A stretch of 63,998 nt of DNA, filler included. It is 5 parts of 5 records of this genome, joined end to end, with 100 filler letters (N's around TTAATTAATTAA, not from the genome) between each part and the next. Parts side by side here need not be neighbours in the genome. Positions count along the whole stretch, not along the records: positions 1 to 27,322 come from SRR20825010_1526; positions 27,423 to 35,160 come from SRR20825010_1527; 3 more parts are not named here. One strand, written 5' to 3'. Positions 19,192 to 28,158 of this stretch are shown here, in pieces. Within the stretch, counting starts at the first letter, position 1; every line of letters begins with the position of its first letter. The notes beneath the pieces are model-generated. The model worked only from the letters and a program-made list of their open reading frames with translations. It searched no databases and was not told the origin of the DNA. Made by a program: the position numbers and the translations under genes.

Positions 19192-20421
19192 ATGAAAAAA
19201 TTAGTATTCAGTTATTTTAACACCTTTAATGGACTATCCAAAGAGGTGTGGTGGCTGTCACTTATTACACTTATTAACAGGGCCGGTACCATGGTTATAC
19301 CATTTCTTTCCCTATACCTTACCCAAAGTTTGGACTTCAGCCTTTCGGATGTGGGGTGGATCATGGCACTCTTTGGCCTAGGGTCTGTTATCGGCTCTTG
19401 GTTGGGAGGAAAGTTAACGGATAGAATAGGCTATTATAAGGTTATGGTAATAAGTCTATTGGCTTCAGGAGTTTCGTTTATCCTCTTACAATACATAACA
19501 ACATTTATTGGTTTTTGTGTTGGAGTCTTAATGCTAATGGCCATAGCCGATATGTTCCGTCCGGCCATGTTTGTGGCCTTGAGCTCCTATAGCAAACCAG
19601 AAAATAGAACGCGTTCCATAACCCTGATCAGGTTGGCCATTAATTTGGGTTTTTCTGCGGGACCTGCCCTGGGAGGCCTTATTATTTTTACCCTAAGTTA
19701 TGGGGGACTTTTTTGGATAGATGGCATTACTTGTTTTATTGCCGGAATGTTATTGTTGAAAATTCTTAATCCTAGGAAAGCAAAGGTTATTGAGCAGGTT
19801 AAGGTGGTAAATCCCGCAGAAGCCTATACAGATAAGGCCTTTATGATTCTTTTGATTGGCATGACATTATTTGGACTGGCATTCTTTCAATTGTTATCTA
19901 CCCTTCCCCTTTTTTATAAGGATGTGCATCATTTAACGGAGGCAGAGATCGGCCTGCTCCTAGGCTTGAACGGCTTTCTTATTTTTATTTTTGAAATGCC
20001 ATTGATCAAATGGTTGGAAAGTAGTAAAAATAGTATGTCCAAACTCATCCTCATTGGGGTGCTATTAACAGCAATGAGCTTCATTGTAATCAATCTTACC
20101 GGATGGATAGGAGTCCTGGTTATTGGAATGGTTCTTATGTCCTTTGGAGAAATGATCGTATTCCCGTTCTCCAATTCCTTGGCCCTGAACAGATCCGCAA
20201 AAGGAAACCAAGGCCAATACATGGCCTATTACTCCATTTCCTTCTCCATAGCCCATATTTTTGGTCACAGCATCGGAATGAATTTAGTGGCGAATTTGGG
20301 ATATACGTCTACCTGGAATATCATTACCCTATTGGCCATATCCAGTGCAGCATTTATGTTGTTCCTGATTCATTTTTTAAAGAAAGAAAACAAAACGGCT
20401 TCTTTGAAAACTATTGGATAA
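19192..20421 (+). CDS. MFS transporter
   Basis: GGKLTDRIG motif A; about 12 TM. Confidence 0.93.
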   Translation: MKKLVFSYFNTFNGLSKEVWWLSLITLINRAGTMVIPFLSLYLTQSLDFSLSDVGWIMALFGLGSVIGSWLGGKLTDRIGYYKVMVISLLASGVSFILLQYITTFIGFCVGVLMLMAIADMFRPAMFVALSSYSKPENRTRSITLIRLAINLGFSAGPALGGLIIFTLSYGGLFWIDGITCFIAGMLLLKILNPRKAKVIEQVKVVNPAEAYTDKAFMILLIGMTLFGLAFFQLLSTLPLFYKDVHHLTEAEIGLLLGLNGFLIFIFEMPLIKWLESSKNSMSKLILIGVLLTAMSFIVINLTGWIGVLVIGMVLMSFGEMIVFPFSNSLALNRSAKGNQGQYMAYYSISFSIAHIFGHSIGMNLVANLGYTSTWNIITLLAISSAAFMLFLIHFLKKENKTASLKTIG

Positions 20422-20469
20422 TCTTGGACCAATGGCTACTACTGTACATAAATATTACCCCTTATAGGT

Positions 20470-20907
20470 ATGAAAGTGGAGATATCAGATTTTCAGGAAA
20501 ACGATAGAACTCGGCTCCAACAAATTTATTTTGAAGTTCGCAATACTACCTTTACATGGTTGCCCAAAGATTCTGTAGACAAATCTTCGTTTAACCAAGA
20601 CATCGAAGGAGAATACATTTTGGTAGCGAAGGTGGGAGCAGAAATAGTTGGTTTTGCTTCCCTATGGTTTCAGGACAGCTTCCTTCACCATCTTTATATA
20701 TCCAACCATTATCAACGTAAAGGTATTGGTTCCATATTATTGAACAAAATCATTGAAAAAGCCAATTCTGACCTTAGCTTAAAATGTTTGAAACAAAATA
20801 AATCAGGTGTCCATTTCTATTTGAAGTCGGGATGGGTAGCGGTATCCGAAGGAACATCAAATGAAGGGGAGTATATTTTATTTAAGTACCCTATTTCCAA
20901 TTTGTAA
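20470..20907 (+). CDS. GNAT family N-acetyltransferase
   Basis: HHLYI..YQRKGIGS, FYLKSGW. Confidence 0.9.
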   Translation: MKVEISDFQENDRTRLQQIYFEVRNTTFTWLPKDSVDKSSFNQDIEGEYILVAKVGAEIVGFASLWFQDSFLHHLYISNHYQRKGIGSILLNKIIEKANSDLSLKCLKQNKSGVHFYLKSGWVAVSEGTSNEGEYILFKYPISNL

Positions 20908-21106
20908 TTTACAAAGTCCCAATACATGTGTATAGTTACATGGAAACTATGTTTTACCACGTAGAATAGTTGTATTCTATAAAATGGAAAAATCCACAAC
21001 AAAACAATAGCTTATTGGATTTTATTAATTTATGATAATTTGTATATTTATCATATAATCAGTCGTTTAATTGGGGCCTTTCGTCCAAAAACAACCAAAC
21101 CTTGAC

Positions 21107-22120
21107 ATGTGGAAAAGCAATTACTTTATACGGATCTTGTTCCTAGGTTTTCTATTCGTTAATTTTTCTTCTTTTAAGCATTCAACACCTAAACCTTCAG
21201 AAAAAGGGGGCATCCCCCCGCAATCATTGGTATTTAATACCGATGGCATGTACAATGCCGAGTTTTTCGATTATATCTTTAGGGGTCATTTTGAAAATAT
21301 TGAATTAAAACGTGAGGACATGCGATTCCTTATGATATTTGAACAATACTTAAGGGCCTTTGGCAGAGAATGTCCAAGTTACCTGCCAGATGACAAGGTG
21401 GAGATTATGGAACAGGTATGTGCCGTAGAAGAGGTTTCCAAAAACATCTATGGAGATGTGCTTAGTAGGGTTTGTGTTGAATATAAATGGGTAGGCACAG
21501 GTCTTTTTGCTCGCCCAGACCTTTATAACGCCAAAATAGAAGTTGAAAATATCCAAAAGGCCGATGCCGTGCGTACTACAATGGACATGATATTGGACCC
21601 AAATTCCATGGGCAATTCAGTAGATTTAATGCATCAAGCCAAAGGATTAAAAAATGATATGCTTCAAATTTTTAAGATTAACAGCTGTAATAGTCCCGGT
21701 GTTCGAAGATTTGAAGAAAACCTAAAACTCTTTGCCCTGAACAAACCTTCGATCCGCATGGAGGGCAGCAGCAAATATGCCGCCATGAAAAAATCTGGGG
21801 GACCTACCGGATCCCAGGATTATAGTAAGTTGATAGATGACCTGGTAGCCAACCAATCCAAAACCTGGTCGTTCAATCGTTATACCCCGGGAAGTATTTC
21901 CGCTGTTTCCATACTGTCCAAAGACAGTGAAGGGAGGCCTAAATCAGTAAAGGCCAATTATAGTTATTCAGGTTTTGGAAGCAGCAGTAAAGGTTGGGTG
22001 CAAATCGACTTTAACAATGGCTTGCCCAAATGCATTTATTTTTTCGACTTTCCCACGAACTGCAAAACTCCGAACAGTAGTATTGTTGCCTCATATGCTC
22101 AGGGCGATTATGGGAGATAG
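21107..22120 (+). CDS. hypothetical exported protein with six Cys
   Basis: Signal-peptide-like N-terminus; no family recognised. Confidence 0.75.
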   Translation: MWKSNYFIRILFLGFLFVNFSSFKHSTPKPSEKGGIPPQSLVFNTDGMYNAEFFDYIFRGHFENIELKREDMRFLMIFEQYLRAFGRECPSYLPDDKVEIMEQVCAVEEVSKNIYGDVLSRVCVEYKWVGTGLFARPDLYNAKIEVENIQKADAVRTTMDMILDPNSMGNSVDLMHQAKGLKNDMLQIFKINSCNSPGVRRFEENLKLFALNKPSIRMEGSSKYAAMKKSGGPTGSQDYSKLIDDLVANQSKTWSFNRYTPGSISAVSILSKDSEGRPKSVKANYSYSGFGSSSKGWVQIDFNNGLPKCIYFFDFPTNCKTPNSSIVASYAQGDYGR

Positions 22121-22241
22121 GCTTTGCTAAAAGCACGCGTATGAAAATCTATAACAAACTCCCCTTAATTAATATAGATGGGTTAATTTTATTCTGGATG
22201 GAAAGGAGTACTGACTCCTATATGGCCACAGACAATAAAAA

Positions 22242-22814
22242 ATGAGTTCATTTATGATTATAACCAAATTAACCACAAAGGAACAGGCCGCTATTCTGGA
22301 AGTTCTAAAAACCAGATTCAACCATAACATGTATAGGCATAAAGGCCTTGAATGGAATGCTATAGAGAATAAATTTAATTACAATCCTGAAAAATTATGG
22401 TCCCTAAACGAAATGGAAAAGACCGGAGGGGAACCGGATGTGGTAGAATTTGATGAAGAAAAAGGGGAATATATCTTTTTTGATTGCTCGGCGCAAAGCC
22501 CTGCGGGAAGAAGAAGTACATGCTATGACCAGGAGGCACTGGAATCTAGGAAAAAGTTCAAACCCAAACACAATGCAATTTCTATGGCCTTGGCCATGGG
22601 AGTAGATTTAATGACCGAAGAGGACTATAGAAAACTACAAAAACTGGGGAAGTTCGATACAAAAACATCTAGCTGGATACAGACTCCGTCTGATATTAGA
22701 CAACTAGGAGGGGCACTGTTTGCCGATTTTAGGTACGGTCATGTTTTTGTTTATCACAATGGGGCCGATTCCTATTATGCCGCCAGAGGGTTCCGCGGTA
22801 GATTGAGGGTCTAA
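22242..22814 (+). CDS. DUF4256 domain protein
   Basis: EMEKTGGEPDV, FDTKTSSW, YHNGADSYYAARGFRG. Confidence 0.9.
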   Translation: MSSFMIITKLTTKEQAAILEVLKTRFNHNMYRHKGLEWNAIENKFNYNPEKLWSLNEMEKTGGEPDVVEFDEEKGEYIFFDCSAQSPAGRRSTCYDQEALESRKKFKPKHNAISMALAMGVDLMTEEDYRKLQKLGKFDTKTSSWIQTPSDIRQLGGALFADFRYGHVFVYHNGADSYYAARGFRGRLRV

Positions 22815-22990
22815 TTCAAAGGGATTTGAATGCAATTAAAGAATAAATAAGCTAAAAACTTTATATTCTACAATTTTAAATGGTCAACTTAAAAAGAACA
22901 AGTGGGTATTCTAGTGAGTATTAGCATTCCCATTTACTGCCAATAACAAAAGATTATTGCTATATTACGTAACACAAAAAACCGAAACAA

Positions 22991-24160
22991 ATGCCATCCA
23001 ACAGACGTAAATTTATAGGCCAATCCTTTGCCTCCTTAGCTGGATTAACAGCCACCGCTATGGTCCCGACCCACATTTTTGGCCACAACCTACATAATAC
23101 CTCTAGGCCTGAAGAAATTATATTGCAGCCCAATAAGCCTTCCAACACCAAAGAATCCATTAGGTTTTCCGTAATAGGGTTAAACCATGGCCATATTTAT
23201 GGTATGGTAGATTCTCTAATCAACGGTGGTGGAAGTCTGGTAGCCGTTTATGCCAAGGAGCCCGAATTGTTGCAGCAATTCACCAAGCGCTACCCCAAGG
23301 TAAAAGTTGCGAAAAGCGAAAATGAAATTATTGATGACAATTCAATCCAGCTGGTGGCCAGCGCTGCCATTCCCATAGAAAGGGCTCCGATTGGCATACG
23401 AGTAATGCAGTCCGGAAAGGATTTTATGGCGGACAAACCTGGCATTCTTACTTTGGAACAATTGAAGGAGGTAAAAAAAGTACAAAAGGAAACGCAGCGC
23501 ATTTATTCCATAGTGTATAGTGAACGTTTAGGTAATCCGGCCTCTGTAAAAGCCGGGGAATTGGTCAGTGCCGGAGCCATAGGAAAGGTGGTACAAACTA
23601 TAGGGCTGGGACCGCACCGAATGCGTCCCGAATCGCGTCCCGACTGGTTTTTCGACCCCAAAAAAGCAGGAGGTATTCTATGTGACATAGGCTCGCACCA
23701 ATGTGATCAATTTCTATTCTACACCAACTCCAAACAAGCGGATGTCAATTTTTCCCAAATAGGAAATTTTAATAACTCCGACAATCCCGTATACCAGGAT
23801 TTTGGCGATATGAGCGTAAGAAGTGCACACGCTACCGGATACATCAGAATCGACTGGTTTACACCGGAGGGACTAGGCACTTGGGGAGATGGGCGTACCT
23901 TTATTCTGGGTACGGATGGCTATATTGAAATGCGAAAATACATCGACATTGCAGGCAAAGAGGGGGGTAATCACCTATTTTTAGTAAACCAAAAAGAAAC
24001 CAAATATTACGATTGCTCCAATATCTATATGCCCTATGGCGAACAATTGGTAAACGATGTAGTTCACCGTACCGAAACAGCCATGACACAGGAACATTGT
24101 TTCCTTGCTACGGAATTGGCGCTGAAGGGTCAAAAAATGGCGCATAAACTCAATGTTTGA
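22991..24160 (+). CDS. Gfo/Idh/MocA family oxidoreductase with Tat signal
   Basis: NRRKFI twin-arginine motif; GLNHGH, ADKPG, GGILCDIGSHQ. Confidence 0.92.
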   Translation: MPSNRRKFIGQSFASLAGLTATAMVPTHIFGHNLHNTSRPEEIILQPNKPSNTKESIRFSVIGLNHGHIYGMVDSLINGGGSLVAVYAKEPELLQQFTKRYPKVKVAKSENEIIDDNSIQLVASAAIPIERAPIGIRVMQSGKDFMADKPGILTLEQLKEVKKVQKETQRIYSIVYSERLGNPASVKAGELVSAGAIGKVVQTIGLGPHRMRPESRPDWFFDPKKAGGILCDIGSHQCDQFLFYTNSKQADVNFSQIGNFNNSDNPVYQDFGDMSVRSAHATGYIRIDWFTPEGLGTWGDGRTFILGTDGYIEMRKYIDIAGKEGGNHLFLVNQKETKYYDCSNIYMPYGEQLVNDVVHRTETAMTQEHCFLATELALKGQKMAHKLNV

Positions 24161-24184
24161 GCTATATTAAATATGACTAATTAA

Positions 24185-24586
24185 ATGAGTGGGGAAACCA
24201 ACATATCCAAATTAATACAGGAAATGTCCCCTGAACTGAACCCAGGGGAATACGTATTTTCTACAGTACCAAGCACGGATGATATTGAAAGAAAGGATAC
24301 TCTTTGTGAATTAAAGGAAAAGGAAGGAACTACTGTAGTAATCGAAAAGAGCAAAGCGGACCACTTAAAACTACCCTATGAATATGTGGCCTCTTGGATT
24401 ACCTTAAGAATTCATTCCTCATTGGAATCAGTAGGTCTTACTGCGGTGTTTTCTACAGCATTGGCCAAAAATGATATAAGCTGTAATGTAATAGCCGGCT
24501 ATTATCACGACCATATTTTTGTGGATACAAAGGATTCCGAAAAGGCAATGTCTGTTTTAACAGCCCTAGCCCATAAGTCCAAATAA
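24185..24586 (+). CDS. ACT domain protein (DUF2241-like)
   Basis: MSGETN, EKEGTT, HSSLESVGLTA, AGYYHDHIFV. Confidence 0.9.
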   Translation: MSGETNISKLIQEMSPELNPGEYVFSTVPSTDDIERKDTLCELKEKEGTTVVIEKSKADHLKLPYEYVASWITLRIHSSLESVGLTAVFSTALAKNDISCNVIAGYYHDHIFVDTKDSEKAMSVLTALAHKSK

Positions 24587-24738
24587 CAGGCTCCCTTGCT
24601 TCAATGGTTGCTGCCCAGCCCTATTCCCTCCCTTATTGTCTGGACCATATTTTACCTAAAATTGTATCATTATCATTTTACCGACATATTAATCATTTAA
24701 TTAAAAAGATTTTAACTAAATATTTACTATTATTGATA

Positions 24739-24750
24739 ACTGATATCAGT
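24739..24750. promoter_or_regulatory. perfect palindrome, candidate operator upstream of GH105
   Basis: ACTGATATCAGT about 105 nt before ATG 24855. Confidence 0.35.
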
Positions 24751-24854
24751 AATAATAGGTTTCCCTGAATATCCAAAGCCATTGGATATGCTAAATTGGA
24801 AGCCTTTTACTATTCTAAAGCACCAATGATCAACTATAAAAATTTAAACCAACA

Positions 24855-25967
24855 ATGAGAAGAGCAACCATTTTTACATCGTTTTTAGTATTTGCGTTTA
24901 CCACCCTTGCACAAGCCCAGGATATACAGCCGACTGAAGTTCTACAGGTCATGGAGAAAGTGGCCGACTGGCAGATAGACAATTACGAAGGGCTCTATAG
25001 CGGACATGATAAACCGCACCACCCATTGGACTGGACCAATGGCGCCTTGTATGTAGGTATGGTTAAATGGGCGGCTTTGGCCGATAATGACAAATATTAT
25101 GAGTGGCTAAAAGACATTGGACAAAAGCATGAATGGCAATTACACCGTAGAAAATACCATGCAGATGATCATACCGTTGGTCAGTTATATATTGATCTGT
25201 ATAGAAAATATCAGGACAAGCAAATGATAGAACCCACCAAAGAACAGTTTAATTTTATCATGTACCATCCTTCTCTAAGCTCCCTTCAATGGAAAACTCC
25301 CTATCACCAGGACCGTTGGAATTGGTGCGATGCACTTTTCATGTCCCCACCGGTCTGGGCAAAATTATACAATGTTACAGGTGAAAAAAAATATCTCGAT
25401 TTCATGATGACGGAATTCAAGGCCACTACCGATTTCCTGTTCGATAAAAAGGAAAGCCTTTACTACAGGGACGAAAGTTATATGGGCAAATTGGACAACG
25501 GTACCAAAATATTTTGGGCAAGGGGTAACGGCTGGGTATTTGCCGGACTCGTTAATGTCATGAACGAATTGGATCCGCAGAGCAAGGAATACAAATATTT
25601 CCTGAACATTTACAAAAAAATGGCTGCCAAATTGCTGGAAATACAAACTCCCGAAGGCCATTGGGCCATGAGTTTATTGGGGCAGAAATTTTACCCTACT
25701 CCGGAAACCAGTGGAACCGCTTTTAATGTATACGGTTTGGCCTGGGGCATAAACCAGGGAATTTTGGATAAAGTCGCCTATACCCCTGCTGTAAAAAAAG
25801 GATGGAACGCCTTGGTGGGCCATGTTACCAACGAAGGCATGTTGGGCTATGTTCAGCCTATTGGAGCCGCACCAGGGAAGGCCTGGGCCGACAAAACGGA
25901 AGTTTATGGTACGGGAGCATTTCTAAGCGCCGGTTCTGAAGTTTACAAGTTGTACGGGGGAAAATAA
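24855..25967 (+). CDS. glycoside hydrolase family 105/88 (unsaturated uronyl hydrolase), secreted
   Basis: DWTNGALY, HADDH, WCDALFM, FWARGNGW, ETSGT; signal peptide. Confidence 0.93.
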   Translation: MRRATIFTSFLVFAFTTLAQAQDIQPTEVLQVMEKVADWQIDNYEGLYSGHDKPHHPLDWTNGALYVGMVKWAALADNDKYYEWLKDIGQKHEWQLHRRKYHADDHTVGQLYIDLYRKYQDKQMIEPTKEQFNFIMYHPSLSSLQWKTPYHQDRWNWCDALFMSPPVWAKLYNVTGEKKYLDFMMTEFKATTDFLFDKKESLYYRDESYMGKLDNGTKIFWARGNGWVFAGLVNVMNELDPQSKEYKYFLNIYKKMAAKLLEIQTPEGHWAMSLLGQKFYPTPETSGTAFNVYGLAWGINQGILDKVAYTPAVKKGWNALVGHVTNEGMLGYVQPIGAAPGKAWADKTEVYGTGAFLSAGSEVYKLYGGK

Positions 25968-26091
25968 GGCACCAGTAATTATATCTTAAAATTTATTTAC
26001 ATTAACCCTAAAAGTAGTAGAAGCAAAAACTTGTTGATACGGATCATTGCAATGCCTTTTAATGATATAATTTTAGGCACTTAACAATGCG

Positions 26092-27207
26092 ATGAAAAGA
26101 AGCTTGGTACAGTTTAGGAATAGCCGATTGCGAGGGTTCATAAGAAAACATGAAAAATATGCTCCCATCCTATTTTTCATTGGCGGATTTATATTTGACA
26201 CCCTTACCTTAGGGCGCATAGACAGGCTATATGACCTAAGCGTACTGTGCCTGCATATGACCTCCTTGACCATTACACTATACCTCTATAACCTTGCTGA
26301 TGATGGCAAATGGAACAATACCATACTCGAAAAGTTCAAAGAATATTATCCTTTGGCCATTCAATTTTTCTTCGGCGGACTGTCCAGTGCCTATGTAATT
26401 TATTACTCCCGCAGTGTGTCCATGTCCAAAACAGTATTCTTTCTGATCATACTCCTTGTATTACTATTTGCGAATGAAATTCTAAAAAAAAGGATATCCA
26501 ATAAGTACTTACAGTTCAGTGTATATTTCTTTATCAGTTTTACCTTCTTCACCTTTATGGTTCCTGTGTTGATCAAGGAAATGAGTCCCAATATTTTTAT
26601 ACTCTCTGGTCTCCTGAGTTTATTTTCAACCTTGGCGTTAATTACTGTTATTTATCGTGCAAGTCCCAGTACAAGATCGGAAATACATCTGGGAAAACTC
26701 ATCGGAATAGTGTTTTCCATTTACCTTATGATCAATATATTCTATTTTTTCAGACTTATCCCGCCAGTACCTCTTGCCCTGAGCAATGGTATTGTTGCCC
26801 ATCAAGTAAAGGTAGAAAACAACAACTACCTTGTTACCTATGAAACTGATGAATGGTATGTATTTTGGAGAAAGCATCGATTAAAATTCATACAGAAGCC
26901 CAATGAAGATGTCTATGTTTTTTCATCCATATTTGCCCCTACCAGTTTAAAGAAATCGGTATTTCATCGCTGGAAATGGTTTAATAATGCAACCCGGGAA
27001 TGGGAGATTATCGAGGATATCGGCTATGACATTACCGGAGGCCGCGATGGCGGTTATCGCGGTTATACCTTTAAAAACAATTTAGTGGAAGGTTTGTGGA
27101 AAGTGGAGGTGCTTACACAGGAAGAATTGGTTTTGGGCATAATAGACTTTGAAGTGATTACCAGTGATTCCTTGCAACCGAAGGGAACAACACAAAAAAT
27201 ATTCTAA
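26092..27207 (+). CDS. DUF2914 domain membrane protein
   Basis: GFIFDTLTLGRID, IPPVPL, GGRDGGYRGYT. Confidence 0.88.
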   Translation: MKRSLVQFRNSRLRGFIRKHEKYAPILFFIGGFIFDTLTLGRIDRLYDLSVLCLHMTSLTITLYLYNLADDGKWNNTILEKFKEYYPLAIQFFFGGLSSAYVIYYSRSVSMSKTVFFLIILLVLLFANEILKKRISNKYLQFSVYFFISFTFFTFMVPVLIKEMSPNIFILSGLLSLFSTLALITVIYRASPSTRSEIHLGKLIGIVFSIYLMINIFYFFRLIPPVPLALSNGIVAHQVKVENNNYLVTYETDEWYVFWRKHRLKFIQKPNEDVYVFSSIFAPTSLKKSVFHRWKWFNNATREWEIIEDIGYDITGGRDGGYRGYTFKNNLVEGLWKVEVLTQEELVLGIIDFEVITSDSLQPKGTTQKIF

Positions 27208-27322
27208 TCCTAGGTGTTACTGCTTATGGCTGTATGTCCAAAGAAAGTGGGCCAAATGCTGAAATAAATTTCTAGAGAGCATTCCTGTAAAGAATAAAAG
27301 TTATTAAACCTCAGGGCAAGCC

Positions 27323-27422
27323 NNNNNNNNNNNNNNNNNNNNNNNNNNNNNNNNNNNNNNNNNNNNTTAATTAATTAANNNNNNNNNNNNNNNNNNNNNN
27401 NNNNNNNNNNNNNNNNNNNNNN
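27323..27422. other. artificial contig linker
   Basis: N44-TTAATTAATTAA-N44; base composition and taxon change across it. Confidence 0.99.
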
Positions 27423-27939
27423 GTAGGGGCAAATGCTCGGTATACACCGCATCAAATCTTTCGTGATTGTACAAAACCGGGCTGAATTCGCCATTCGTTC
27501 CGCCGTCATAGCCCTCGCCAAGGAAAGTGGTGTGGGTGTCTTGAGTTTGGTGGATGATGTTACCAGTCGTTTGCCATGTTACCTCTTGCAGCAAAATGAT
27601 ATCGCTCGGGGCGGCGCCATCAAGTCCTTGTTCCGTGAGGGTATTGATTGTTGCGTGTGTATCTAGGGCAGTGCTGTACCTGACATTGAATGAGGAAACG
27701 TTTATCGGGTAAAGATTAGTGCGGGGCGGGCCATATGTCGAGTGACTTTCGGGTGTTGCGCTAGTCGCCGGATTCAAGGTGAGGATTGGGTCAGATGAAG
27801 TTCGCTCCGATGATCTCGAAGGATTGTTGTAAGCGTCTGTAATCGCGGAGGTGCTGGCTTCTGCAAGTTTTGGATATGACGCGCTGTCAAGCACTTGACT
27901 ATCAAATTGAATTAAGGTGCTTGAAGTTGCTGATATCAT
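27423..27939 (-). CDS. endonuclease/exonuclease/phosphatase (EEP) domain protein with low-complexity N-terminus, 3' truncated
   Basis: SFNVRY, DIILLQEV, GEFSPVLYN motifs; RBS GGAGAAAG. Confidence 0.75.
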
Positions 27940-27978
27940 AGACTTTCTCCGCTTAAATATTGATAACTCTCTTAGTTA

Positions 27979-28005
27979 TGTGTGGGCTTTTTGATGCTTG
28001 GTTCC
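27979..28005 (-). promoter_or_regulatory. hrp-box-like ECF sigma promoter
   Basis: GGAACC-N14-CCACACA, or N16-ACACATA, ending about 40 nt before ATG 27939. Confidence 0.45.
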
Positions 28006-28158
28006 TGTAAAAAAGACCTTTGATGGATTAACCGCTGTATTTTGGCTGGGTAGTACGTTGGCCACGCTCACGACCACTCTTTTCAAGCGGATCGTTTTAT
28101 AATCAAGGGTTACTCCAAAAAAACAGCACGCCGCTTTATTCAGGAAGGTAGCCTAAAC

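Noticed and set aside
27367-27378. Repeated TTAATTAATTAA (also 35205, 43073, 59801)
   Set aside because: Artificial all-frame stop linker inside N runs; ORFs ending in X...LIN are artefacts
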